Source: Candidatus Hydrogenedentota bacterium (GTDB taxonomy: Bacteria; Hydrogenedentota; Hydrogenedentia; Hydrogenedentales; SLHB01). Taken from it: a stretch of 26,433 bases of DNA. Every line of letters begins with the position of its first letter. The stretch's first letter is position 1. The notes under the pieces were generated by a model. That model did not search any database, was not told the DNA's origin, and saw only the letters and a program-made list of their open reading frames with translations. A program made the position numbers and the translations under genes. This document shows, one piece after another, positions 9,105 to 18,133 of this stretch. The stretch covers positions 1-26,433 of the forward strand of contig BTWA01000054.1 in the NCBI GenBank assembly GCA_045863295.1, written 5' to 3'.

Positions 9105-9542
9105 ATGAACGTGCTGGTAGTGCACGGACCCAATTTGAATTTGCTCGGCACCCGGGAGCCCGAGGTGTACGGATCCACGACGTTGGACGACATCAACGGC
9201 ATGTTGGAACGCGAAGCCAAGGGGTTGGGAGCCACACTGCGGATTTTCCAGAGCAACAGCGAGGGCGCCTTGGTCGATGCCATCCAGGAGGCCAGAGGCT
9301 GGGCAGACGCTCTCATAATCAATCCCGCCGCCTATACTCATACGAGTGTGGCGATTCGCGACGCCATAGCGGCCGTGGGCATACCGGCAATTGAAGTCCA
9401 TTTGTCCAACGTGTATGCACGCGAGGAATTTCGCCACCACTCCTATATCGCCCCAGTGGCGTTGGGCCAAATCAGCGGATTTGGGGCGGAAGGGTACCGG
9501 CTCGCACTGCTGGCGGCCGCCACCAGGATGAAGAAGCCATGA
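9105..9542 (+). CDS. aroQ: Type II 3-dehydroquinate dehydratase
   Basis: [46 protein letters not shown]. Confidence 0.97.
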   Translation: MNVLVVHGPNLNLLGTREPEVYGSTTLDDINGMLEREAKGLGATLRIFQSNSEGALVDAIQEARGWADALIINPAAYTHTSVAIRDAIAAVGIPAIEVHLSNVYAREEFRHHSYIAPVALGQISGFGAEGYRLALLAAATRMKKP

Positions 9543-10615
9543 GCACACGACTGAACGGCCTGCGGACGCGCATGGCGGAACAGGGTTGCGATGCGTTTAT
9601 CAGTCTTTCTTCACCCATAAATCAGTATTTCACGGGGTTCATGGGTACCACGTCCGCTGTGGTGGTCACTGCGAATGCGGCTCATTTTCTGTGCGATTTC
9701 CGGTATACGGAAGTTGCTTCCGAAGTGGTAGACAAGGCGTATACGGTAACCGAGGTCAAGGGAAACCTGGCTACTCGGGCGGGGGAGTGCCTCACTTCAT
9801 CCGGCGTGACGGCGGTTGGCTTCGATCCCGGTTACCTGTTGGTATCCGAGTTGCACAGCATTCAGAAGGGCTATGCGGGCCGTATGGAACCCAAGCCCGA
9901 CCTCGTCTCCCCCTTGAGAATGATCAAGACTACAAGCGAAATCCAACTGATTCGGGATGCTTCAGCGTTGGCGGAGGGCGTGCTGGCCGATGCCAAGAAG
10001 ATGATCCGGCCCGGCGTGACCGAACGCGAAGTTGCGGCATGGATGGAATTTGAATTCAAGCGCCGCGGTGCTTCAGGACCCTCCTTTGAGACCATCGTAT
10101 TGTTTGGTCCCCGATCGTCGCTGCCCCATGGCCAGCCTGGAGACACCCCGCTCCGCCTTGGAGATGTCGTGCTGATTGACTTTGGCTGCAGGCGTCACGG
10201 GTACTGCTCTGACTTGACTCGAACGTATGCATTCGGTACGATCCCGGGGGTTTGGTTTGAAGAGGTTTATGGCCTCGTTTTGGAGTCGCAACGCAAGGCC
10301 CTGAAAGCCATTAAGCCTGGCTTGACCGGTCGCCAGGTGGACGAAATTGCCCGGAGCCACATTGCCGCGGGCGGGCATGGCGATCACTTTGGTCACGGGT
10401 TGGGCCATGGCTTGGGTATTGAGATTCACGAGGCGCCGCGATTAAACACGGAATCCGACGTTATTCTGAAGCCCGGCATGGTCGTTACGGTTGAGCCGGG
10501 CATCTATTTGCCGGGCCAGGGCGGCGTCCGAATTGAGGACGTTGTCGTCGTAACCGGGGACGGTTGCGAGTTGCTCAGTTCCACCCCCAAGGAGTTAGAG
10601 GTACTTCGTTCATGA
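9539..10615 (+). CDS. Xaa-Pro aminopeptidase/dipeptidase (M24B family)
   Basis: [44 protein letters not shown] overlaps with both aroQ and efp. Confidence 0.93.
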   Translation: MSTRLNGLRTRMAEQGCDAFISLSSPINQYFTGFMGTTSAVVVTANAAHFLCDFRYTEVASEVVDKAYTVTEVKGNLATRAGECLTSSGVTAVGFDPGYLLVSELHSIQKGYAGRMEPKPDLVSPLRMIKTTSEIQLIRDASALAEGVLADAKKMIRPGVTEREVAAWMEFEFKRRGASGPSFETIVLFGPRSSLPHGQPGDTPLRLGDVVLIDFGCRRHGYCSDLTRTYAFGTIPGVWFEEVYGLVLESQRKALKAIKPGLTGRQVDEIARSHIAAGGHGDHFGHGLGHGLGIEIHEAPRLNTESDVILKPGMVVTVEPGIYLPGQGGVRIEDVVVVTGDGCELLSSTPKELEVLRS

Positions 10616-11169
10616 TTTCGACGGCGGATTTTCGCAACGGTCTTGTGGTTGTTCAAGACAACGAGTTGATGGAAATAGTTGAATTTCAGCACGTGAAGCC
10701 GGGCAAGGGCGGAGCGTTTGTGCGAACGAAATTCAAGAATGTGCTCACGGGCCGTGTCTTGGAGCGCACTTTTCGTTCGGGCGAGCGGATGCAGGACGCT
10801 CGCATAGAGCAGCAGGAATGGCAATATCTGTACAAAGACGGAGATTTGTACCATTTCATGCACCCGGAATCGTATGAACAGACGGTAGTGAGCGCTTCCC
10901 AAGTGGGCGACTCGATGAAATGGGTCAAGGAAAACGCGACACTTGACCTGTACTTCTACGACGGAAAAGTGATTAAGGCGCAGGCTCCCGCCAACGTGGT
11001 GCTGTTGATTACGCAGTGTGATCCCGGCGTCCAGGGCGATCGGGCGCAAGGCGGCACAAAACCAGCCACGCTGGAAACGGGCGTAACTGTGCAGGTGCCG
11101 TTGTTTGTGGGCGAGGGCGAGACGATCAAAGTGGATACGCGCACCGGATCGTACATCGAACGCGCGTAA
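10612..11169 (+). CDS. efp: Elongation factor P
   Basis: [50 protein letters not shown] 10612 follows a GAGG SD; the track's 10564 start is overextended. Confidence 0.97.
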   Translation: MISTADFRNGLVVVQDNELMEIVEFQHVKPGKGGAFVRTKFKNVLTGRVLERTFRSGERMQDARIEQQEWQYLYKDGDLYHFMHPESYEQTVVSASQVGDSMKWVKENATLDLYFYDGKVIKAQAPANVVLLITQCDPGVQGDRAQGGTKPATLETGVTVQVPLFVGEGETIKVDTRTGSYIERA

Positions 11170-11239
11170 GATCAAATTACATCACGGCAGGTGGTACGAA
11201 CCGCTGCATTCGGTTTGCGCCGGAGCGGAGGGCATTCAA

Positions 11240-11734
11240 TTGGAATTAGACAAGCTCAAAGAGCTTATCGAAGTATTTCAAAAGTCGGGACTGTCGGAGA
11301 TCGAGTTGGAAGAAGACGGCCGCCGCGTGCGCCTGACCAAATTCCAGCAACCGGCGCCCGCGCAGCAGATTGTGCATGTTCCCGCGCCGGTACATGCCAT
11401 GCCGCATGCGCACGCCGTATCGGCACCGCCGGCGGCCGCGCAAGAGGCGCCCCCTCCTTCCGCAGCCGTTGACGACGATGACGGCCTGGTTACCATCGAT
11501 TCGCCCATGGTGGGGGTGTTTTATGCGGCGCCCGCGCCCGGCGAGGATCCGTTCATCAAAGTGGGCGATACGGTACAGGAAAACCAGCCGGTCTGTATTG
11601 TCGAGGCGATGAAACTGATGAACGAGGTGACGGCCAAGTTCGCCGGCGTCGTGGAAAAGATACTGGTTGAGAACGGCGAGCCGGTCGAGTACAACCAGCC
11701 GCTGTTTGCCATTCGCCTGGCCGAACAGGCCTGA
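11240..11734 (+). CDS. accB: Acetyl-CoA carboxylase biotin carboxyl carrier protein
   Basis: SPMVGVFY, the EAMKLMNE biotinylation motif and a Pro/Ala linker. TTG start at 11240 after a GGAGGG SD. Confidence 0.95.
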   Translation: MELDKLKELIEVFQKSGLSEIELEEDGRRVRLTKFQQPAPAQQIVHVPAPVHAMPHAHAVSAPPAAAQEAPPPSAAVDDDDGLVTIDSPMVGVFYAAPAPGEDPFIKVGDTVQENQPVCIVEAMKLMNEVTAKFAGVVEKILVENGEPVEYNQPLFAIRLAEQA

Positions 11735-11742
11735 GCGCCCGC

Positions 11743-13086
11743 ATGTTCAGACGCATCCTCATAGCCAATCGCGGCGAGATTGCCGTACGTATTATCCGCG
11801 CGTGCCGTTCGGCCGGCATTACTTCGATTGCCGTCTACTCTTCGGCCGACCAGGATTGCCTTCATGCATCGCTCGCGGACGAGAGCATCTGCATCGGGCC
11901 ACCCAATCCGGGCGAAAGTTATTTGCACATTCCCAGCATCATTGCCGCGGCGGAGATCTGCGACGCACATGCGATTCACCCGGGCTACGGCTTTCTCTCC
12001 GAGAATCCAAAATTTGCGTCGATTTGCCGCGAGTGCAACATCGGTTTTATCGGGCCGAGCCCGGAGGCGATTGCACTGAGTGGCGACAAGGCCGCGTGCC
12101 GGCAGGCCGTAAAGAATGCTGGAGTGCCCATCGTCCCCGGCAGCGACGGTATTGTGAAAGACCCCGCGGACGCGCTCAAGCTGGCCAAGGGAATTGGGTT
12201 TCCCGTGTTGGTCAAGGCGGCGCACGGCGGGGGCGGCAAGGGGATGCGCATTGCTCACAACGATGTCGCGCTGAAGAAGGCAGTCTCCATGGCCACGGCC
12301 GAAGCGCAATCCTCCTTCGGTCATGGGGGTGTGTACTTGGAGAAGTACGTCGAGAACGCGCGTCACGTTGAAATTCAAATTCTCGCGGACGAGCACGGCA
12401 AGATTTTGTCGCTGGGCGAGCGTGAATGTTCAGTGCAGCGCCGCCATCAGAAACTTATAGAAGAGACACCGGCCTTTGGACTGTCGAGCAGCTTGCGCGC
12501 AAAGCTTTCCAAGGCGGCTATTCGCGCGTCCAAGGCGATTGGCTATAGCAATGCGGGCACCGCGGAGTTTCTGTTGGGACCTGACAACTCGTTTTACTTT
12601 ATCGAGTTCAATGCGCGCGTTCAGGTGGAACATCCCGTGACGGAAATGGTCACTGGCTTGGATATTGTGCGAGAGCAGATTCGAATTGCGTCGGGCGAAC
12701 CGTTGGGATCGATTGTGGTACGGCCGCAGGGCTGTTCCATCGAAGCGCGCGTATACGCGGAAGATCCGGACAACAATTTCGCGCCGTTTCCGGGTAAGAT
12801 TACGCGCTGCCACATTCCCGGTGGGCCCGGGATCCGTGTAGACAGCCACATCTTTCCGGGTTACGTAGTTCCGCGCTTTTACGATTCGTTGCTTGCAAAA
12901 ATCATCAGTTGGGGTCCTGACCGGGACACTGCGATTAATCGGCTTTCCGGCGCGTTGCGCGAGTTTACCGCTGTGGGCGTTAAAACTACGTCCGAACTTT
13001 GCGCGCGTATTGTGACCAGCGACCGGTTCCGCCGCGGCCAGGTTACGACGGACATGGTGGAGACGTTCCTGCCCAAACCCAAGTGA
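11743..13086 (+). CDS. accC: Acetyl-CoA carboxylase biotin carboxylase
   Basis: ILIANRGEIAVRIIR, HPGYGFLSEN, GGGGKGMR, ERECSVQRRHQK, RVQVEHPVTE, YDSLLAK. Confidence 0.97.
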   Translation: MFRRILIANRGEIAVRIIRACRSAGITSIAVYSSADQDCLHASLADESICIGPPNPGESYLHIPSIIAAAEICDAHAIHPGYGFLSENPKFASICRECNIGFIGPSPEAIALSGDKAACRQAVKNAGVPIVPGSDGIVKDPADALKLAKGIGFPVLVKAAHGGGGKGMRIAHNDVALKKAVSMATAEAQSSFGHGGVYLEKYVENARHVEIQILADEHGKILSLGERECSVQRRHQKLIEETPAFGLSSSLRAKLSKAAIRASKAIGYSNAGTAEFLLGPDNSFYFIEFNARVQVEHPVTEMVTGLDIVREQIRIASGEPLGSIVVRPQGCSIEARVYAEDPDNNFAPFPGKITRCHIPGGPGIRVDSHIFPGYVVPRFYDSLLAKIISWGPDRDTAINRLSGALREFTAVGVKTTSELCARIVTSDRFRRGQVTTDMVETFLPKPK

Positions 13087-13113
13087 TCGTGATCGGCATG
13101 CGGGTAATTTGTG

Positions 13114-13119
13114 TATAAT
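13114..13119 (+). promoter_or_regulatory. Possible -10 element for the AmaP-like gene
   Basis: Perfect TATAAT in the gap after accC, but no convincing -35. Confidence 0.3.
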
Positions 13120-13220
13120 GCGCCGGACAAGACAACGCGGAAAATCCATCCTCCCATCTCTGGAAATGCATACGCGACGTGGCGGCCGGCGCCACCGACA
13201 AGCGACGAAAGGATGACGCC

Positions 13221-13898
13221 ATGCGATTCCTGCAAGCGACTTTATTCAGGCTGTTATGCCTTGGCTTATTGGCCGGGGGCATATTGTTGTTTCAGTTCGA
13301 GATAAGTTTTCTCTATCAAACCGCGGTCTCCTATTTGCCTACGGACAATGCGCAAAATAACCTGGTCCGGTTTGTCGTTGCCATTGCCGTCGCGGTGGTC
13401 GCGTTGGTTGGTCTGATTCCGTGGGGACTCTTTGGGAAGAAGAAGTCGCGGGTGATCGAATTCGAGGATTCGCACGGTTCGATTGCCATTGAGTTGACCA
13501 ATGTCGAAGAATCCATGAACAAGATGCTTCGCAAGCTTCCCGAAGTGCATAAAATCAACATGCAGCTGATTCCGGCCGACGGCAATCGAAAGGTGCGTGT
13601 CGTGGCCGAGGTCGAGTTGAAGAAGGCATCAGGCGCTGGCGCACGCGCAATGACCAATCAACTGCGCGATCAAATCGACAGCATGGCCACGCGCCTGCTC
13701 GGCGTGGATGAGGTCGTGTCCGTCGAAGTCAAGGTCAAGCGCCTTGTGGTCGACAAGAACGAAGAGGATGCCGTTATCCGTGGTATACCGCTTATTGAAT
13801 CGACCGAAGTACAGAAAGCGAGAGCCGAAAAAAACGCACTCACGGCGCCGGACCGGAGTCTGGCGCCGCTGACCTCGGACGCGGAGCCGCTGGCGTAG
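13221..13898 (+). CDS. AmaP-like membrane anchor with an Asp23/Gls24-type domain (225 aa; possible short isoform of a frameshifted gene)
   Basis: Two N-terminal TM segments, then GSIAIELTNVEE...LPEV...LLGVDEVVSVEVKV, resembling Asp23/AmaP. Asp23/AmaP genes often follow accBC. ATG 13221 after AAAGGA. Confidence 0.65.
   Translation: MRFLQATLFRLLCLGLLAGGILLFQFEISFLYQTAVSYLPTDNAQNNLVRFVVAIAVAVVALVGLIPWGLFGKKKSRVIEFEDSHGSIAIELTNVEESMNKMLRKLPEVHKINMQLIPADGNRKVRVVAEVELKKASGAGARAMTNQLRDQIDSMATRLLGVDEVVSVEVKVKRLVVDKNEEDAVIRGIPLIESTEVQKARAEKNALTAPDRSLAPLTSDAEPLA
13829..13868 (+). other. Candidate -1 programmed ribosomal frameshift signal
   Basis: In-frame slippery heptamer A_AAA_AAC (13829-13835), 7-nt spacer, then hairpin CGGCGCCGGAC-CGGA-GTCTGGCGCCG (13843-13868). 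The -1 frame is open from 13799 to 14728. Confidence 0.45.
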
Positions 13899-13942
13899 CC
13901 ACGGGCGCATACACCTACGTCGCCTCTGAAACCGGCGAACTG

Positions 13943-14728
13943 ATGACGACCGAGCCTGCCGTGGCGGCTACTCCCGTTGTCGACGAGGCGTTACCTGCCA
14001 CTGCCGTCCAGGATTCCGATGATGTTTCCAACCTCGAGTGGGACGACCAACCGGACGAAACTGCGTCGGCAGAGCCGGAGCCCCAGGAATCGCTCGATGA
14101 CATTCCGTGGGAAGGGACCGTAGACGACGAAGACCCAGGGACTGCCGAGCCGGAAGCCGAGCCATGGGATGAGTTGCCCGCCGAAGATGAATCGGCCGAG
14201 TTGACTCCCGCTGAATTTGCATTGGACAGCGAAGAGGAACAGCCGGGCGCGGTAATTGATGAGCCCGCCCCGCTCGTTCGCGAGACAGGTTTGGCAGGTT
14301 CGAATGAGGAAGGTCCAGACGATACATCCTTTTCAAGCCTGCATGGGCCCGGCGAGACGGAAGGTACCGAGGACCCGATCCCGCCAATGGAGCCCGACGA
14401 TCCGGCTATTGATACCGCAGATGATCCTCAAATTCCGGAAGAAGCGGAGATCCCGGAAGAATTTGTTACAGACGATGTCGATGTGGGCCATTCCGAGGCC
14501 AACGCATTCGATCTGGCGGCTCGAGTGGCCCAAGACGAAACCGTAATTGCGGCTGCTGAGCCTGCGGTAGACGATTCGGTGCCGTACGCGCCAGAAGCCG
14601 AACCTGTCGACGACAGTCCCGATGCGACCGCCGTGACCATGGGTGCGGAACCTGCCCCGGTTGAGGCCGCGCAGTCGCCCGAAGTGGAGGAGCCCAAGAA
14701 ACGGCGCAAGTTTTTGGGCTTGTTCTAG
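13943..14728 (+). CDS. Highly acidic, Pro/Ala-rich low-complexity ORF, probably the C-terminal extension of the upstream AmaP-like protein
   Basis: D/E/P/A-dominated 261-aa ORF ending KKRRKFLGLF, followed by a double TAG TAG. No SD before ATG 13943, and the frame stays open back to 13799. Confidence 0.7.
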   Translation: MTTEPAVAATPVVDEALPATAVQDSDDVSNLEWDDQPDETASAEPEPQESLDDIPWEGTVDDEDPGTAEPEAEPWDELPAEDESAELTPAEFALDSEEEQPGAVIDEPAPLVRETGLAGSNEEGPDDTSFSSLHGPGETEGTEDPIPPMEPDDPAIDTADDPQIPEEAEIPEEFVTDDVDVGHSEANAFDLAARVAQDETVIAAAEPAVDDSVPYAPEAEPVDDSPDATAVTMGAEPAPVEAAQSPEVEEPKKRRKFLGLF

Positions 14729-14813
14729 TAGTGCTATTGCACTCAACGTGCGGCAGATCACCGGGGGTATGCATGACCGGCGGAGTTATGAACGCGAAAG
14801 GGCCGTTGACGGC

Positions 14814-14842
14814 TTGAATCCCGTCGGGGCCTGTGCCATACT
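14814..14842 (+). promoter_or_regulatory. sigma70-type promoter for hisI-trpE-trpG
   Basis: TTGAAT (14814-14819), 17-nt spacer, CATACT (14837-14842) with extended -10 TG at 14834-14835. Confidence 0.55.
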
Positions 14843-14886
14843 TTGACGGTACGCAGTCGCGTTACAACGTATCCGGAGAACACGGG

Positions 14887-14940
14887 ATGCCACGCATCGA
14901 TTTTACCTGCCTTCGATGGCGTCACCGTGTCCATTCCTGA
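14887..14940 (+). CDS. Candidate 17-aa leader peptide MPRIDFTCLRWRHRVHS
   Basis: GGAG SD at 14875-14878. Contains one Trp and two His codons, and lies within a hairpin between the predicted promoter and hisI. Confidence 0.3.
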   Translation: MPRIDFTCLRWRHRVHS

Positions 14941-15012
14941 TCCTCGGCCGCGCCTCGCCGAATATCCAATCCCATAATTATCCCAGTGATGAACTAAATT
15001 GAGGGAGTTGCC

Positions 15013-15402
15013 ATGGGCTCCAATGCCAGTATTGTGGGCAATCTGCACGAAGTTGTGAAGCTCGACGATAAAGGTCTTGTTTGCGCGGTGGTCCAACATC
15101 ACCTGACCGGACAAGTGCTGATGGTTGGCTACATGAACCGGGAATCGCTGGAGATTACATTGCGCGACAAAAAGGCCTGTTTCTGGTCCCGGTCGCGCCA
15201 GGAATTGTGGCTCAAGGGTGCGACATCCGGCAATGTGTTGAACGTGATGGAAGTACGTGTGGACTGCGATGCCGACGCTATTTTGCTCCGGTGCGATCCG
15301 GTGGGTCCGACCTGCCACACCAACGAGACCAGTTGCTTCTACCGGAAGGTGGAAAGCGACGGCTCGATGGCGCTGGACGGCGATGGCGTGGCAAAGAAAT
15401 AG
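15013..15402 (+). CDS. hisI: Phosphoribosyl-AMP cyclohydrolase
   Basis: GQVLMVGYMN, FWSRSRQELWLKGATSGN, DCDADA, TCHTNETSCFY. No fused HisE domain. SD GAGGGAG. Confidence 0.96.
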   Translation: MGSNASIVGNLHEVVKLDDKGLVCAVVQHHLTGQVLMVGYMNRESLEITLRDKKACFWSRSRQELWLKGATSGNVLNVMEVRVDCDADAILLRCDPVGPTCHTNETSCFYRKVESDGSMALDGDGVAKK

Positions 15403-15417
15403 ACAAGGGAACTGAGC

Positions 15418-16899
15418 ATGATTCACCCGACCCTGGACGAATTTCGCGCGCTGGCAAAGCCCGGCGCATTGGTGCCGGTGTACCGCGATATCGTCGCGGA
15501 CTTGGAGACACCGGTAACCGCATACATGAAGATAGCGCGAAACGAGAAGTATTCGTTTCTTCTGGAGAGCGTCGAGCGCGCCGATACCATCAGCCGCTAT
15601 TCATTTCTGGGTACGAACCCATCCATCATTTTCCGGTCCAAGGGCCGGAAGGTAACCATAGCGCGAAACGGCGAAGAGACTACATTCGATTCGCCGGACC
15701 CGTTGAGCGAGTTGAAAAAACTCATGTCCGCCTATCATCCGGTTCACGTGGATGGACTGCCGTATTTTCATGGTGGCGCGGTGGGATACATGAGCTATGA
15801 CCAGGTCCGTTTTTTCGAAAAACTGCCGGACAACAATCCCGATACATTGAACCTGCCTGACCTCTATTTCATTATCACCGATTCCATTCTTGTATTCGAT
15901 CACTTCAACAACCGGCTGAAAGTGATTTGCAATGCGCATGTAGGCGACGATGTCGATGCGGCGTATGCCAAGGCCGTTCAGACCATAGAAAACCTGGTGC
16001 AAAAGATGAAGAAGCCGCTGGTGGTGCCAAACGAGCGCATTCACGGCAGCGAGGTCAACACGGAAATCCGGTCGAGTTTTACGAAAGATGCCTACTGCGA
16101 AGCGGTTGCCAAGGCAAAGGAATACATCAGCGCGGGCGACATTTTTCAGGTCGTGCTTTCCCAACGGTTCGAGCGCGAGGTATACACGAGTCCGATCCAT
16201 TTGTACCGGTCGCTTCGATGCATCAATCCCTCGCCGTACATGACGCTGCTTCAATTCCCCGATTTCAGCTTGATCGGATCAAGTCCGGAAGTCATGACGG
16301 CCGTGCGCAATGGCCGCGTGCGGCTACGGCCCATCGCAGGCACCCGCGCGCGCGGCGACAATGCGGAAGAAGATCTGGCGCTGGAAAAAGATCTGCTCGC
16401 GGACGAAAAGGAAATCGCCGAGCACATCATGCTTGTCGATTTGGGGCGAAACGACGTAGGCCGCGTAAGCAAGCCCGGCACGGTGGCCCCGACTCGGTTG
16501 ATGGTTGTGGAGCGGTACTCGCACGTAATGCATATCGTGAGCGAAGTGGAAGGTGATCTGGCGCCCACGGAGGATGCCTTCTCTGCGTTGAGTGCAACGT
16601 TTCCAATGGGCACCGTCAGTGGAGCGCCCAAGATTCGCGCCATGGAAATCATCGACGAACTGGAGCCTCTGCGCCGTGGACCCTACTCCGGTGGCTGCGG
16701 CTACATTGGATTTGATGGCGCCATGGATACCTGCATCGTCATCCGCACGATTGTCTTGAAAGACAACATTGCATACGTTCAAGCTGGCGCCGGTATCGTG
16801 TACGACAGCGTACCCGAACGCGAATATCAGGAATGCGTGAACAAAGCGAAAGCCCTGTTCCGGGCCGTGGAATTCGCCGAACAAGGACTCGAATCATGA
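15418..16899 (+). CDS. trpE: Anthranilate synthase component I
   Basis: [58 protein letters not shown]. Confidence 0.93.
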   Translation: MIHPTLDEFRALAKPGALVPVYRDIVADLETPVTAYMKIARNEKYSFLLESVERADTISRYSFLGTNPSIIFRSKGRKVTIARNGEETTFDSPDPLSELKKLMSAYHPVHVDGLPYFHGGAVGYMSYDQVRFFEKLPDNNPDTLNLPDLYFIITDSILVFDHFNNRLKVICNAHVGDDVDAAYAKAVQTIENLVQKMKKPLVVPNERIHGSEVNTEIRSSFTKDAYCEAVAKAKEYISAGDIFQVVLSQRFEREVYTSPIHLYRSLRCINPSPYMTLLQFPDFSLIGSSPEVMTAVRNGRVRLRPIAGTRARGDNAEEDLALEKDLLADEKEIAEHIMLVDLGRNDVGRVSKPGTVAPTRLMVVERYSHVMHIVSEVEGDLAPTEDAFSALSATFPMGTVSGAPKIRAMEIIDELEPLRRGPYSGGCGYIGFDGAMDTCIVIRTIVLKDNIAYVQAGAGIVYDSVPEREYQECVNKAKALFRAVEFAEQGLES

Positions 16900-17462
16900 T
16901 AGTGATGATCGATAATTACGACTCGTTCACATACAACCTCGTGCAATACTTCGGTGAATTGGAACCGGACATCCGGGTCTACCGAAACGATGCGATCGAT
17001 GTTGCTGGCATTCGTGCGCTAAAGCCCGATCGGATCGTCGTTTCGCCAGGGCCTTGCACGCCTTACGAAGCAGGCATTTCCATCGAAACGATTAAGGAAC
17101 TTGGCCCCGAGATTCCGCTTCTTGGCGTCTGCCTTGGCCACCAGAGCATCGGCGCGGCATTTGGCGGCGACGTTGTCCGCGCGGGCAAGATTATGCACGG
17201 CAAGATCAGCGTGATGAAGCACAACGGCAATGTGTTGTTCAAAGACGTGCCTTCGCCGTTTAAAGCCACCCGGTATCATTCGTTAATCATCAAGAAAGAC
17301 ACGTGTCCGGATTGCCTCGAAGTGATTGCGGAAACAGCGGATGACGGCACCATAATGGCCGTCGCACACAAGAAGTTCCCGATTTGGGGCGTGCAATTCC
17401 ATCCCGAGAGCATCCTGACTGAATCCGGAAAGCAGATGATAAAAAACTTCATGAAGGCCTGA
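16896..17462 (+). CDS. trpG: Anthranilate/aminodeoxychorismate synthase component II (glutamine amidotransferase)
   Basis: [46 protein letters not shown] overlap with trpE puts the start at 16896. Confidence 0.93.
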   Translation: MIVMIDNYDSFTYNLVQYFGELEPDIRVYRNDAIDVAGIRALKPDRIVVSPGPCTPYEAGISIETIKELGPEIPLLGVCLGHQSIGAAFGGDVVRAGKIMHGKISVMKHNGNVLFKDVPSPFKATRYHSLIIKKDTCPDCLEVIAETADDGTIMAVAHKKFPIWGVQFHPESILTESGKQMIKNFMKA

Positions 17463-17642
17463 AGTGTTTCGCGCTTGCTGCCCGAGTCCACTTGGATTGT
17501 GAAACTTAAGGTAAGCCAAAGCCATCCTGTCGAACGCCATGCCCCCGCCCTGTTGGATCACTGCGGGGATAGAAATCCCGCTTTGCGCCGGGATTCCATG
17601 GCTACGGTGAGCATGCTATTATCCTGACATGGCGCGGGCTGG

Positions 17643-17726
17643 ATGATACTACTCATGCTCCTGCTGCTCCCTGGCTACTTTGTGGGCAGCATGATTTTCG
17701 AAGCTACGCGAAGGATGCGCGGATGA
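17643..17726 (+). pseudogene. 27-codon hydrophobic ORF, possible remnant of a paralogue of the downstream gene
   Basis: MILLMLLLLPGYFVGSMIFEATRRMRG* resembles the C-terminus of 17723-18133, and its stop overlaps that gene's start (ATGA). Confidence 0.35.
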
Positions 17727-18133
17727 GTCAACGGAATCGACAGAAGCGGGAAGCGCTCAACCGCGCGTTGCATGCATGGGAATCCGACCTCCAGCCAACG
17801 GAAAAGAAGACACCCTTGTGGGAAGTCGTCTTGGTCTTGGCGATGGTGCTTGGCATCATGTATGGCATCTACTACGGTATTTACACGTACTTGGTGCCTT
17901 TGACGCCATGGAACCTTGGTATCGGACTCATGCTGGGCCTGTTTTATCTTGGCATCTGCTTCTATGCCGCACTGCCCGAAGTGGACATGGACGAATTGAC
18001 CCCCTACAACAATCCGTTCACGCTTCAGGACGACTTCGCCCGGTTGTCGCTGGTTGCGTTTATCGCCATGTTGCCCGGGCTTGTGCTTTCCAATGCCTTC
18101 TATGAGATCTATCTGGTTTTTCGCCGTCGTTAA
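17723..18133 (+). CDS. Hypothetical membrane protein (about 3 TM segments)
   Basis: 136-aa ORF with hydrophobic segments and an acidic loop PEVDMDEL..NNPFTLQDD. SD-like AAGGA upstream. Confidence 0.7.
   Translation: MSQRNRQKREALNRALHAWESDLQPTEKKTPLWEVVLVLAMVLGIMYGIYYGIYTYLVPLTPWNLGIGLMLGLFYLGICFYAALPEVDMDELTPYNNPFTLQDDFARLSLVAFIAMLPGLVLSNAFYEIYLVFRRR

Noticed and set aside
11521..13149. Long antisense ORFs opposite accB/accC (291 aa, 239 aa) and similar ones opposite rplA, trpE and the LolA-like gene
   Set aside because: They overlap well-supported conserved genes, show no recognisable motifs, and are expected shadows of GC-rich coding sequence.
13828..13834. Transcriptional slippage at the A7 run
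   Set aside because: Efficient polymerase slippage generally needs longer A/T runs (about 9 or more). Ribosomal frameshifting or an indel is more plausible.
13896..13898. Stop-codon readthrough (e.g. pyrrolysine) joining the AmaP-like and acidic ORFs
   Set aside because: The two ORFs are in different frames, so readthrough cannot join them.
14758..15426. 222-aa minus-strand ORF across hisI and its leader
   Set aside because: Mostly antisense to hisI, with no recognisable motif.
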